64,000 bases of DNA from NCBI GenBank assembly GCA_029982165.1, contig JARRCN010000004.1, positions 8,018-72,017 on the forward strand, in the 5' to 3' direction. Shown piece after piece: positions 28,456 through 38,089 of the stretch. The position numbers and the translations under genes are program-made. The stretch's first letter is position 1. Each line of letters begins with the position of its first letter. The stretch comes from Candidatus Methanomethylophilaceae archaeon. GTDB lineage: Archaea; Thermoplasmatota; Thermoplasmata; Methanomassiliicoccales; Methanomethylophilaceae. A model generated the notes under the pieces. The model was not told the origin of the DNA. It searched no databases and saw only the letters and a list, made by a program, of their open reading frames with translations.

Positions 28456-29838
28456 TTGTCTCCATCCGATGTTATGAACGAGGTTCAGAAAAAGGGGGCC
28501 AGTATCAATGACCCTATAACCATTAGTGATTTTAACAGAATCACCGCGTCGATCATAAAGTCTGAGCCCCGTCTGCAAGATGTATGGCTCATTGGTGAGA
28601 TATCCAACCTTAAGCTCTCAAATGCTGGTCATTATTACTTCACACTCAAGGACGCTGAGAGTGAAATCAGCTGCACGATGTTCCGCGGGGCTGCCGCCAG
28701 GCTAAAAGAACCCCTGAAGGATAAAAGCAAGGTCCTAGCCTTCGGTTCCGCTAATATATACCATCCACAAGGAAGATATCAGTTTAACGTTATCGATATC
28801 AGGGATCAGGGCATCGGCGACCTGCATGCCCTATTTCAGGAACTTAAGGAGAAGCTGGAAAGGGAGGGGCTCTTTGATAGCTCTCATAAAAAACCATTGC
28901 CGCGTTATCCCGATAAGATCGGAGTGGTCACATCACCAACTGGATCTGTCATACGAGACATCATTAATGTGGCTAGAAGGAGGTATCCGTGTGAGATCAT
29001 CCTCTCGCCTGCACAGGTTCAGGGAAAAGAGGCAGCGGCGTCCATTGTGAAAGCTATTTCCCTCTTAGAGAGATTTGGAGTGGACTTGATAATCGTAGGC
29101 AGAGGTGGTGGCTCCTTAGAGGATCTCTGGCCCTTCAACGAGGAGCTCGTTGCCAGAGCGATATATGCGTGTCCCATACCTGTGATATCCGCAGTCGGTC
29201 ATGAGACTGATTTTTCTATTTCCGATTTTGTTGCAGACCGTAGGGCGGAGACCCCCTCAGCCGCTGCTGAGATGGCCTTGCCGGATCTTAATAAGGAAAG
29301 GCAGAATCTCAAAAATATTTTTGAAAGAGGTGAGAAAGCTCTGAAAAACAAATTGCTACACATACAGAATCTATTCCGCTCGCTTGATGTCAGGCTGAGA
29401 CCGGAGAGAGCTTTAGAAAGGGTGGAGCAAAGTATGCAGGGTTTGGATGTTTTTGAAGATAAGATGAGAAACTCTTTGGAAAGGAAACTGGAGAAACATC
29501 TATCCACATTAAATAAGTGGGATTACACGCTATCCCCCCGCTCCATCATTGAGAAGATTAACTCTCTCTACAGGCTGTGTAAAGACGTTTCCCACCGTGC
29601 CGATATGCTCATGATGATGGTTTTAGACACCGCTGGAGCACGGATAGCGTCCTTGGAGGGGCGCATGGAAGCTTTGAACCCATATCGTGTATTGGATCGA
29701 GGCTACGCTATTGTAATGGACACCGAAGGAAGGCCAATCACCAGTGTTTCGAGGTTGAATACGGGAGACATTATATGGACGCGATTACATGACGGTTCGT
29801 TGCTTTCGGAGATAAAGGAAAAAGAGGAAATCATATGA
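28456..29838 (+). CDS. xseA: Exodeoxyribonuclease VII large subunit
   Basis: OB-fold N-terminus (WLIGEISNLK...HYYFTLKD...ISCTMF). Catalytic region: IGVVTSPTGSVIRDI, VQGKEAA, IIVGRGGGSLEDLWPFNEE, ISAVGHETDFSISDFVADRRAETPSAAAE. Confidence 0.9.
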   Translation: MSPSDVMNEVQKKGASINDPITISDFNRITASIIKSEPRLQDVWLIGEISNLKLSNAGHYYFTLKDAESEISCTMFRGAAARLKEPLKDKSKVLAFGSANIYHPQGRYQFNVIDIRDQGIGDLHALFQELKEKLEREGLFDSSHKKPLPRYPDKIGVVTSPTGSVIRDIINVARRRYPCEIILSPAQVQGKEAAASIVKAISLLERFGVDLIIVGRGGGSLEDLWPFNEELVARAIYACPIPVISAVGHETDFSISDFVADRRAETPSAAAEMALPDLNKERQNLKNIFERGEKALKNKLLHIQNLFRSLDVRLRPERALERVEQSMQGLDVFEDKMRNSLERKLEKHLSTLNKWDYTLSPRSIIEKINSLYRLCKDVSHRADMLMMMVLDTAGARIASLEGRMEALNPYRVLDRGYAIVMDTEGRPITSVSRLNTGDIIWTRLHDGSLLSEIKEKEEII

Positions 29839-30065
29839 ACGAGGAGAGCGAGGAAGGATTGAGTTTTGAAAAAGCTATGTCCAAATTGGAAGAGTTGGTA
29901 ACGAAGCTTGACGAAGGGGACCTGGGGCTAGAGGAAAGCCTCTCCATCTACGAAGAAGCCGTAAAGCTGCGCGACTTTTGCCGTAAGAGACTAGAGGAGT
30001 ATGAACGCAGGGTAAGGAAGCTTGTAGATAAGGACGGAGAGTTGACACTCGAGAATTTCGATTAA
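29835..30065 (+). CDS. xseB: Exodeoxyribonuclease VII small subunit
   Basis: 76 aa, LSFEKAMSKLEELVTKLDEGDLGLEESLSIYEEAVKL, with 4-nt overlap with xseA. Confidence 0.85.
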   Translation: MNEESEEGLSFEKAMSKLEELVTKLDEGDLGLEESLSIYEEAVKLRDFCRKRLEEYERRVRKLVDKDGELTLENFD

Positions 30066-30066
30066 G

Positions 30067-30921
30067 TTATTGCCATATTTCTATGTCTATTGAGCGGCCC
30101 CACTCCATCATGTCTTTATAGAGTTTCGTTGTTTTGAAATCGTCTGCAGTGTATGCAAGCCTCAGGATGCCGGCCAGCATCCCCCTTCCTAGTGTGCGGG
30201 CGTTGTAAAGTCCTATTGTCTCATGGAGGGCGATGAGGAGGATGGCTACCATATCATGTCCCCTGCATATGACCCAAGGATCGTGTCCTTTGCTGATTTC
30301 TGCTTTTATTTCCCTTACCAGCGTTTTTGGGTTAGCGCAATGGTGATCTGAGGAGATGCATAACGATTCCACCATCCTTTGGATATCCGTGCATAGTCTC
30401 ACAGGGTCAACGAAACTGTGGTGGTCTATCTCTTTGAATGAGAGATTATAACCGTTACGCAGGGATATAAACATCAGTGTTCCTAAGGGAATGGTGGCAT
30501 TCAGCAGTGCTTCTCTGACCGTCATGCCTGTCCTTTTCTCAAAAAGGGCTATTTCATCTCTGTCACCGTATTCCCATAAGACAGCATCAAGAGCTGATGA
30601 GCGTATCAACAAGGTCTCCAGATCATGACAGTCAGTCATAAAGAGATTCTCCTCCACTTCTTTCCCCAGAAGAAGGTCATAATCCTGGTCTATAATGCCA
30701 GTTGTGAGGGAGTCGCCCCTCACTTCTCTCATCTCTTTTACCGCTATACGCACATTGTCTTTAGAATGGGCTATAACCATTTGGCATTCGGCAGGATTAC
30801 TGAATTTGCCGTAGAGTCGAAAATCAGTGACTCCTTCTACCACCACAAAGAGCCCTTTGAACTTAGACCTACGCATTCCCATTTCATTGGCTATTTCGAA
30901 TGATTGTATGTAGCGACGCAA
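30067..30921 (-). CDS. DUF4435-type Toprim (OLD-like) nuclease domain protein, AriB-like
   Basis: Toprim Glu in FVVVEGVTDFRLYGKF and a DxD-type motif in GIIDQDYDLLLG. It follows the ATPase gene with a 1-nt gap. Confidence 0.65.
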   Translation of the reverse strand: MRRYIQSFEIANEMGMRRSKFKGLFVVVEGVTDFRLYGKFSNPAECQMVIAHSKDNVRIAVKEMREVRGDSLTTGIIDQDYDLLLGKEVEENLFMTDCHDLETLLIRSSALDAVLWEYGDRDEIALFEKRTGMTVREALLNATIPLGTLMFISLRNGYNLSFKEIDHHSFVDPVRLCTDIQRMVESLCISSDHHCANPKTLVREIKAEISKGHDPWVICRGHDMVAILLIALHETIGLYNARTLGRGMLAGILRLAYTADDFKTTKLYKDMMEWGRSIDIEIWQ

Positions 30922-30922
30922 A

Positions 30923-31954
30923 TCAGATCACCAATTCCACAGTGAGATCCCATTTGTCATGTACTACCTGTGGGGAGTGGGTGGCCATTAGAACCTGGAT
31001 GTCACGTGCCTCGCATATCTCCATAAAAAGTGATGCCAGACGTTGTTGCCAAGTTATATGCATGGAAATCTCCGGCTCGTCTATAATCACCAGGCTTCCA
31101 GGACTGGCTACAAAGACCATCGTGTAGAGCATCAAGAGTAAATGCCTCTCTCCAGATGACAATCTTTCCAGTGGAATGTTCTTGCCATCATCGAAGAAGA
31201 CAGAGAGACCCTCCTCTGCGTTGATAATCAGCTTCTTGCGGAAGAGCATGGGGTTTACAATATCTTGAAGAGTGACTATTTCCTCCGCAAGAGGATAGAG
31301 CACGTCCGCCACACAGATAAGTTTGTGAAGTGTCAGAAGCTTTTTTTCGTCCCAGACCATAGCATCGTTCTCAACCAAATCTCTCAGGATCTCTTCCAGA
31401 ACGGATGGTAAGATTCCGGCATTCTGGATCATTGCCATCTTAGCCTTCAGTTCTGCGAGATGACTTTTAGGGTCCTTTCTTATCTCTTCAGGAATCTTTT
31501 CACACTCTGTCCATCTTTCAAGTGCAAAGGCCTGCTGTTTTTTTATTCTCTCCGACACATCCTCCGCATAGATCTTTAATGTGGATGAGAAATAGCCACC
31601 CTCCTCCTCCTTAAAAAGTCTCTGCGGGCCCAGATACACCACGTTTGTAATTGACTTGACCTCAGTTTTGTCCACTTGAATAATATCTCCGGCATCCAGA
31701 AGTGTGACCTCTAGTGTCTCTTTTTTCAGGAATATCAATCTTCTACCCTCCTCGAAACCGAATTCTAGGCGTTCGAAGGGTATATGATTCAGCTCATCCC
31801 AGCAGCCAGTAAAGGCTAAGAATATCATTTTCATCATGGTACTTTTGCCCAGACCGTTGGGTGAATGAATGATGGTAAGTCCTTCTTCCTTGAGCTCTAT
31901 GGTATGGTTGAACGTGTCGTATAAAGAATTCACTTTTATCCAGCGGAGTTTCAT
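30923..31954 (-). CDS. ABC/SMC-like ATPase (AAA_15/AAA_21 type), AriA-like but compact
   Basis: Walker A HSPNGLGKSTMMK, ABC signature LSSGERHLLLML, Walker B/D-loop LVIIDEPEISMH and H-loop LMATHSPQV. There is a roughly 200-aa helical insert between Walker A and the signature. Confidence 0.75.
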   Translation of the reverse strand: MKLRWIKVNSLYDTFNHTIELKEEGLTIIHSPNGLGKSTMMKMIFLAFTGCWDELNHIPFERLEFGFEEGRRLIFLKKETLEVTLLDAGDIIQVDKTEVKSITNVVYLGPQRLFKEEEGGYFSSTLKIYAEDVSERIKKQQAFALERWTECEKIPEEIRKDPKSHLAELKAKMAMIQNAGILPSVLEEILRDLVENDAMVWDEKKLLTLHKLICVADVLYPLAEEIVTLQDIVNPMLFRKKLIINAEEGLSVFFDDGKNIPLERLSSGERHLLLMLYTMVFVASPGSLVIIDEPEISMHITWQQRLASLFMEICEARDIQVLMATHSPQVVHDKWDLTVELVI

Positions 31955-31995
31955 CTTATCTCCTTCCTGTTTTACATTCTAACATTAAAAGGTTT

Positions 31996-32883
31996 ATGGA
32001 TGCTAATAGAAAGAGGATAAGAACAAATATCCGTGTCCTCTTCACTGCGAACATGGAGGATCTCGACAGTAGATTCCGTCGTGTGAGCTCTCTTATTGCC
32101 TCTAATGACATGGATTCTGCCTATTTGGAGGTGGAGAGGATCGCAAGTATCTCACAAGGCGATCCTTTTGTTCTCGTGAAATGTGCCGCACTCCTTCTCA
32201 CAATGAACCGCAAGGCCCAATCGAGGGAGATAGCCGCTATGGCTTTGGAAACCGTCTCTGAGGATGAGGGGGACCGTTTGCAGTTGGCGATAGCATTACG
32301 CAACCTAAGAATGACTAAGGAGTCACTTTATCTTATAGAGGGCCTTCAAAAGACTGATGCGGTAGCACTGGAGAGGGCTAAAACTCTTTTGGCCATGGAT
32401 CTTTTCGACGAAGCCCTAAAGATATTGGAAAGCTTGGAGGGACGCGAAGCCTTACTGTTGAAGAGTGAATGTTTATCGTTAAGTGGTGAGCATGAAAAAG
32501 CCATATTCTTAGCCAGCAAGCTTACAGAGGGTTCTGGAAGTTATGAAGAAATGTCCCTCTTTGTGGCCAATCTAATCCGTGCCGGGAAGGTCAAAGAGGC
32601 CATAAAAGTCGCTGATAGGTTTTTGAAGAGTAGAAAGAACGCTGACAGCTTAGCCTTAAAGTCCTATGTTATGCGCATCAATGGCCGCCTTAAGGCCTCA
32701 ATGAACTTTGCTAATCAGGCCCTATCGGCCGACAAACGACACATAGGTGCGATGTGGAATATGGCTATCTGCCTTATCGAAAAGGGGAGAATAAATGAGG
32801 CCAAAGTGTTGGCGGGAGCCATAAATGAGGTCGAACCCGGGAGCCATTTGGCCTTGGAGATCCTTGATCTCTGTAATGCCTAG
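31996..32883 (+). CDS. TPR-repeat protein
   Basis: Repeated about 34-aa helical units with the A/L/G spacing typical of TPR, e.g. ALKILESLEG...KAIFLASKL and EAIKVADRFLK. Confidence 0.6.
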   Translation: MDANRKRIRTNIRVLFTANMEDLDSRFRRVSSLIASNDMDSAYLEVERIASISQGDPFVLVKCAALLLTMNRKAQSREIAAMALETVSEDEGDRLQLAIALRNLRMTKESLYLIEGLQKTDAVALERAKTLLAMDLFDEALKILESLEGREALLLKSECLSLSGEHEKAIFLASKLTEGSGSYEEMSLFVANLIRAGKVKEAIKVADRFLKSRKNADSLALKSYVMRINGRLKASMNFANQALSADKRHIGAMWNMAICLIEKGRINEAKVLAGAINEVEPGSHLALEILDLCNA

Positions 32884-34412
32884 GATTTCTTCAATCGGGT
32901 TCCTTGGTTTCTGTGTGCATAACGGCGTAATTCTTTCCAGAAGTCCGGTGTGAGGAGCACGAACACTGTAAGCAGTTCCAAACGGCCTGCCCACATTGTG
33001 AATATTAATACCGCTTTAGACAGTGGGTCCATCCAGGCAAAGTTTCCATAAGGCCCTACTGCGCCCATGCCTGGCCCATGATTGGATATGCAGGCAGCCA
33101 CGGATGTGAAAGACTCCAGAGGCGGGTTCCCAATAGCAAGAAGAATAAATGAGGCTACCACTAATGTGGCGAAGTACAATAATATCGTGGCCATGGCCAC
33201 ACTGACAGCGTCGTCGTTGATTGTTTTGCCATCTATTTTCAAAGAGAGTACTGCCCTGGGGTGTATCTGCCTCATCAATCCTTGATAAATGAATTTGAGG
33301 CCTATTATCGCGCGCCCCATCTTAAGGCCGCCAGCTGTAGAACCGCTGTTAGCCCCGATGAGCATTATAACAAGTATCAGCATCTGAACGACTGCTGGCC
33401 AGGCGTTATAGTCCTCAATAGCATAGCCTGTTGATGTAATGGCAGACACGATTTGAAAAGCAGAGCTTCTCAATACCTCTTCACCCTCTCTGATCTGACT
33501 GAGTCCGCTCATTTGGGCGCCGACTATGAAAAATGTGAACACTGTGGCAATCAGGCATACCAGAGCAAAACCTCGGAATTCAGCGCTGCTTTTGTACGCT
33601 CTTAATTCATGTCGGTATATGGCGCGATAATGAAGATAGAAATTAGTGGCAGCCAGAAACATGAAGATAATTACAATCCATTGGATGATAGGACTGAAAT
33701 AGGCAATACTTTCCGAATGTGGAGAGAACCCTCCTGTGGACATGGTGGAGAACATTATACACAATGCATCGAAAAGGCTCTCACCCATCAAAAGCACTAG
33801 TGCGAGGAGGCAGCCGGAGAGGACCAGATATATTGCATGGAACTCCTTAGCAGCTTCCTGGACACGGAAGGTAAAGTTCTGAACCTCCATCCCAGGAAAT
33901 TCATTTCTGAAAAGAGCCCTGCCGCCTATACCCAATATTGGTAATATTGTGATGAAGACTGTGATTATTCCTGCTCCACCTATCCATTGAATCATACTAC
34001 GCCAGAGAAGCAGGCTTGAAGGCCAGCTCTCTATATCGGTCATTATGGTGGAGCCTGTGGTCGTGAACCCACTCATACTTTCAAAACACGCATCAACGAT
34101 ACCCATCCCTGCCAAAACAAAAGGTATTGCTCCGACTGCCATCGCAAACAACCATGTGATAGAGACCAAGAAAAGACCCTCTACTGGCCTGATTGTAGGG
34201 GATGTTTTGAAGAGAAACACCAGAGGGAGGGCAATTAATAGACATACCAGGGTAGGTATAAGGAATAGCATAATGTCCTCACCCATGAGGAAGGCGGCAA
34301 CTAGCGGCACTAAGAATGATGCCGATAGATAAAGGAGAATCACGCCCGTTAGGTAAATGATGCTGTTCTCAAACAAGGAGAACCGGTATGTTATGCTATC
34401 AATATTGGCCAT
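32880..34412 (-). CDS. trkH: TrkH-family potassium uptake membrane subunit
   Basis: 510 aa polytopic protein with pore-loop motifs SGFTTTGST, MSTGGFS, ITSTGYA and SNHGPGMG. It is adjacent to trkA. Confidence 0.9.
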   Translation of the reverse strand: MANIDSITYRFSLFENSIIYLTGVILLYLSASFLVPLVAAFLMGEDIMLFLIPTLVCLLIALPLVFLFKTSPTIRPVEGLFLVSITWLFAMAVGAIPFVLAGMGIVDACFESMSGFTTTGSTIMTDIESWPSSLLLWRSMIQWIGGAGIITVFITILPILGIGGRALFRNEFPGMEVQNFTFRVQEAAKEFHAIYLVLSGCLLALVLLMGESLFDALCIMFSTMSTGGFSPHSESIAYFSPIIQWIVIIFMFLAATNFYLHYRAIYRHELRAYKSSAEFRGFALVCLIATVFTFFIVGAQMSGLSQIREGEEVLRSSAFQIVSAITSTGYAIEDYNAWPAVVQMLILVIMLIGANSGSTAGGLKMGRAIIGLKFIYQGLMRQIHPRAVLSLKIDGKTINDDAVSVAMATILLYFATLVVASFILLAIGNPPLESFTSVAACISNHGPGMGAVGPYGNFAWMDPLSKAVLIFTMWAGRLELLTVFVLLTPDFWKELRRYAHRNQGTRLKKS

Positions 34413-34421
34413 GCCTCAACC

Positions 34422-35768
34422 TCAAGGCTCTACTGGTATGGTGGCCTGGAACAGCTTTTCCAGTTTGGAGATCTGGGTATTGTAAGCGAACAACAGCACC
34501 TTGTCACCTTCCTCTAGCACTGTGTCTAATCTGGGGAATATGTTCTTTCCCTTCTTCTGAATGAGCGCTATATGTGTACCTGATGGAAGCTTCACATCCC
34601 CTAGAGGTATCCCGATGAGCTTCGATCTCTCGTTGACTGTTATGCTCACGAATTCCTCACCTTCTGTGTGCATAAGAAGTACCGCCTCAGTGTCGGGTAT
34701 CATTCTTTTGATGATCTCATTAGCCACTACACGATGATAACCGATTGCGGATATTATCCCGGTCATCTGGAAGATTTCTTCAAAATCCGGCATTGTATAC
34801 CTGGATACGACCTTCTTTACACCCAGTTTCATTCCTATAAGACAGGAAAGGAGGTTCTTCTCATCGCTATCCGTGGAGCATATCAGCACGTCCGCCTTAC
34901 CTACGTTTTCATTCTTCAGGCTACGTGGATCAACGGCATTTGCATTGATCACGAGCACATGATCGAATTCCCTGGACAGAAGGCGACATTTCTCCTCATC
35001 AGCTTCGAATATACGGACATAGACCTTTTCCTTCTCCAGTATATGAGCTATGGTCCTCCCGATTATCCCTCCGCCCATTATGACGAAGTCCCGAGCTTCG
35101 TTCTCTATCCCTATCATGCGATTGAATTCCATTATGGCGGAGGGTGTCCCTAATACATTTATACGGTCCCCAGGCTTGATCGTGAGCGTTTCATCGATGA
35201 TCATTATAGAATCGCCACGATATATAGAAACAATGGAGCATTCAGCAGGTATGGGCAGGTCCTGCAGATACTTGTCAATTATATGTCGATGATTATCCTT
35301 TATGAGGAAGCTCACTATTTGTAATCCCATAGATTTGATCTCATCAAAGTCAACAGCGTTCTCGATTACGGCTATTTTTGCCATCTTCTCTGCTGTCAAG
35401 AGCTCTGGAGATATTATGTGATCTGCACCAATATAATTACCGTTTTTGTCTTTGTATATATACTCAGGATTGCGGATACGAGCCACAGTGCGGATCTTAG
35501 GGTTTATGACCTTGGCAGACATGCAGGCAAACATATTAATTTCGTCCAACTCCGTGACCGCCAGGATCATATCGGTACTAGGAGTCAAAACCTTCTCTAG
35601 AAGTCGAGGACTGGCACCGTTACCATGGTATGCATCGACGTTAAGTGTCTCCCTGATTTCATTTAGTCGAGATTCCCTTTCTTCGATTATAGTTACCTTA
35701 TGGATGCGAGAAAGTGCCGTTGCCACGGTATATCCCACGTTACCAGCGCCGATGATTACTATCTCCAT
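34422..35768 (-). CDS. trkA: TrkA potassium uptake NAD-binding subunit (two RCK modules)
   Basis: MEIVIIGAGNVGYTVA and FVIMGGGIIGRTIA Rossmann motifs, each followed by an RCK_C-like segment. Confidence 0.9.
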   Translation of the reverse strand: MEIVIIGAGNVGYTVATALSRIHKVTIIEERESRLNEIRETLNVDAYHGNGASPRLLEKVLTPSTDMILAVTELDEINMFACMSAKVINPKIRTVARIRNPEYIYKDKNGNYIGADHIISPELLTAEKMAKIAVIENAVDFDEIKSMGLQIVSFLIKDNHRHIIDKYLQDLPIPAECSIVSIYRGDSIMIIDETLTIKPGDRINVLGTPSAIMEFNRMIGIENEARDFVIMGGGIIGRTIAHILEKEKVYVRIFEADEEKCRLLSREFDHVLVINANAVDPRSLKNENVGKADVLICSTDSDEKNLLSCLIGMKLGVKKVVSRYTMPDFEEIFQMTGIISAIGYHRVVANEIIKRMIPDTEAVLLMHTEGEEFVSITVNERSKLIGIPLGDVKLPSGTHIALIQKKGKNIFPRLDTVLEEGDKVLLFAYNTQISKLEKLFQATIPVEP

Positions 35769-35882
35769 ATAAGCACTCTCTATACAGGGACCCAGTTCTT
35801 TGGAGGTATTTCAGTGTTCAAGATGTATATATTTCATTTGCGGGCACCGTTAAATACAAGTGACATATTACCGCTTCTGTTA

Positions 35883-36248
35883 TCATCCCCTCTCTGGATC
35901 ATTCTTACGCGATCTAAATAATACTGTGAGCACCGCGAAAAGATATACCGTTGCCACAGCGATCCCGAGATAGTAAGCCAATATGTTATCCCGAATAAAT
36001 GTCAACATTTCGTTATACTCAAAAAATGCATAGATGTTGGGATTCTCTGTAATGAAGTCCATCACTTCTTGAAAAAGGATGCGGAAGCTTTCGATGTTGG
36101 GCTCAAAAAGGATGCTAAGTTTTTCAATTGAATTGGACAAAGTGCCTCCAATATCCTCAGTAGGAGATGCTGATACAACGCCAGCCGTCATTATCGTGGC
36201 GATAAGCATTATCGGCAGACTCATCGCGATCATGGCACTCTTCCTCAA
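35883..36248 (-). CDS. Small hypothetical membrane or secreted protein
   Basis: N-terminal signal/TM segment (AMIAMSLPIMLIATIMTAGVVSA) and a C-terminal TM. No family recognised. Confidence 0.4.
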   Translation of the reverse strand: MRKSAMIAMSLPIMLIATIMTAGVVSASPTEDIGGTLSNSIEKLSILFEPNIESFRILFQEVMDFITENPNIYAFFEYNEMLTFIRDNILAYYLGIAVATVYLFAVLTVLFRSRKNDPERG

Positions 36249-36338
36249 TGAACCACCTATCCGATAACTGTCCTAAGGAATAGATAAAAGCTCTTACTAT
36301 CGATCAATTATAATAGGGAATTCGTTTATTGATAGATC

Positions 36339-37595
36339 ATGTTAAAAAGGCTCGATATCGAGACCTGGATAGACTCTCGTAGCAGCGGTGTAGACAGAGT
36401 TGTAGAAAATGTTGCGGATATCATAGCGCAGGTTGAAGAAGGGGGCGACAAGACCCTTATAGATCTCACAAAGAAGTTTGACGGGGTGGAGCTAGATGGC
36501 CTGGTTATAGATAGGGGGCGCGTCGATGATGCATATAATTCTGTCGACCCAGAACTTATAGAAGCTCTCGAAGAGGCCGCATTCAACATTCAGAGATTCC
36601 ACGAATTGCAGAAACGTGACGATATATGGTTCAGAGAGATGGAGCCGGGACTGATCCTTGGAATGAAGACGACACCTTTACAGCGCATAGGTATATATGT
36701 TCCAGGCGGCAGGGCGGCATATCCTAGTTCTGTTCTGATGTGTGCCATACCTGCCAGAGTTGCGGGTGTGGAGGAAGTGATCATGTGTACACCTCCGCCG
36801 GTCCACCCATTGACGTTGGTCGCCGCAGATATAGCGGGCGTTGATGAGGTCTACTCAGTAGGCGGGGCTCAGGCCATTGCCGCTATGGCTATTGGGACTG
36901 AGACGATCGAACAAGTGGATAAGGTCGTCGGTCCAGGGAATGTGTATGTGACGGCAGCCAAGGCATTGCTACGCGGAATTGTCGAGATCGATTTTCTTGC
37001 CGGTCCCAGCGAAATCGGTATCATCGCCGATGATTCTGCAAACCCTGGGTTTATAGCGGCGGACATACTGGCACAAGCGGAGCATGACCCTCAGAGCGCG
37101 TGCATACTGGTAACAGACAGTATGGGCCTGGTGGATAAGGTTAATGATTCTATCTGCGAGATGCTTCCCCTCTGTAAGCGCCATAAAATCGCAGAGCAAG
37201 CGCTGAAATGTTCGGGTTACATACTTGTTGATAATATGGAGGAGGCTGTAGACATCATCAACCTCGTGGCTCCAGAACATCTTTCGTTACAGACATGGGA
37301 TGCATTGGCCCTTCTCGGTAAAGTGAGAAATGCCGGCTCGATATTCGTCGGACCTTATGCAGCGGTGGCATTGGGTGATTACGGCTCAGGAACCAATCAT
37401 GTACTTCCAACAGGTGGCAATGCCACTTACAATTCAGGGCTCAACGTTGCCCATTTCTGTAAAACGAGCACGGTACAAATCATCGGTCGTGAAGGCTTGG
37501 AGTATTTGGCTGATATAGCCATACCGCTAGCGAAAGCTGAGGGTTTGGATGCACATGCCCGCTCTGTGGAAATAAGAAGAACCTGTGAACTCTGA
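36339..37595 (+). CDS. hisD: Histidinol dehydrogenase
   Basis: Motifs GIYVPGGRAAYPSSVLM, GGAQAIAAMAIGTE, VGPGNVYVTAAK, AQAEHDP, GDYGSGTNHVLPT. Confidence 0.92.
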   Translation: MLKRLDIETWIDSRSSGVDRVVENVADIIAQVEEGGDKTLIDLTKKFDGVELDGLVIDRGRVDDAYNSVDPELIEALEEAAFNIQRFHELQKRDDIWFREMEPGLILGMKTTPLQRIGIYVPGGRAAYPSSVLMCAIPARVAGVEEVIMCTPPPVHPLTLVAADIAGVDEVYSVGGAQAIAAMAIGTETIEQVDKVVGPGNVYVTAAKALLRGIVEIDFLAGPSEIGIIADDSANPGFIAADILAQAEHDPQSACILVTDSMGLVDKVNDSICEMLPLCKRHKIAEQALKCSGYILVDNMEEAVDIINLVAPEHLSLQTWDALALLGKVRNAGSIFVGPYAAVALGDYGSGTNHVLPTGGNATYNSGLNVAHFCKTSTVQIIGREGLEYLADIAIPLAKAEGLDAHARSVEIRRTCEL

Positions 37596-37725
37596 AAAGG
37601 ACCGATGTCGCGGTCATTATTTGCTTGCTATTTCGAAACATATTAGTCACAAAGCCTGTAGTTATACAATATCTGCTATATAAAAAGGAAAAGATTTTAA
37701 TTAAGAACAGGAACATATAATCACA

Positions 37726-38088
37726 ATGTCTTCAAGGATCCTTATAGTCGAAGATGAAGTAGTTGTTGCTATGTACATAGAGACACTGCTTGTCACATTC
37801 GGCTATGAGGTTGCTGGTATAGTGACCAACGGAAAGGATGCCATTGATGCCGTTAAGAACAACGGCATTGCCCTTATTCTTATGGATATTAACATTGAAG
37901 GCGATATTGACGGTATTGAGACCGTCAAGCGCATTAAGGAATTCAGTGATGTGCCGGTGATTTATGTCAGTGCATACATCGATAAAGAGACTATAGATCG
38001 AGCCGCTGAAACCAAACCGGCCAGTTATCTTTCCAAACCCTTCAAAAACAAGGATCTCAAGGATATAATTGACAGTATCCTCCGTTGA
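37726..38088 (+). CDS. Stand-alone response regulator receiver domain (CheY-like)
   Basis: ILIVEDE acidic pocket, phospho-acceptor LILMDINIEGDIDG and SKPF near the C-terminus. Confidence 0.85.
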   Translation: MSSRILIVEDEVVVAMYIETLLVTFGYEVAGIVTNGKDAIDAVKNNGIALILMDINIEGDIDGIETVKRIKEFSDVPVIYVSAYIDKETIDRAAETKPASYLSKPFKNKDLKDIIDSILR

Positions 38089-38089
38089 G

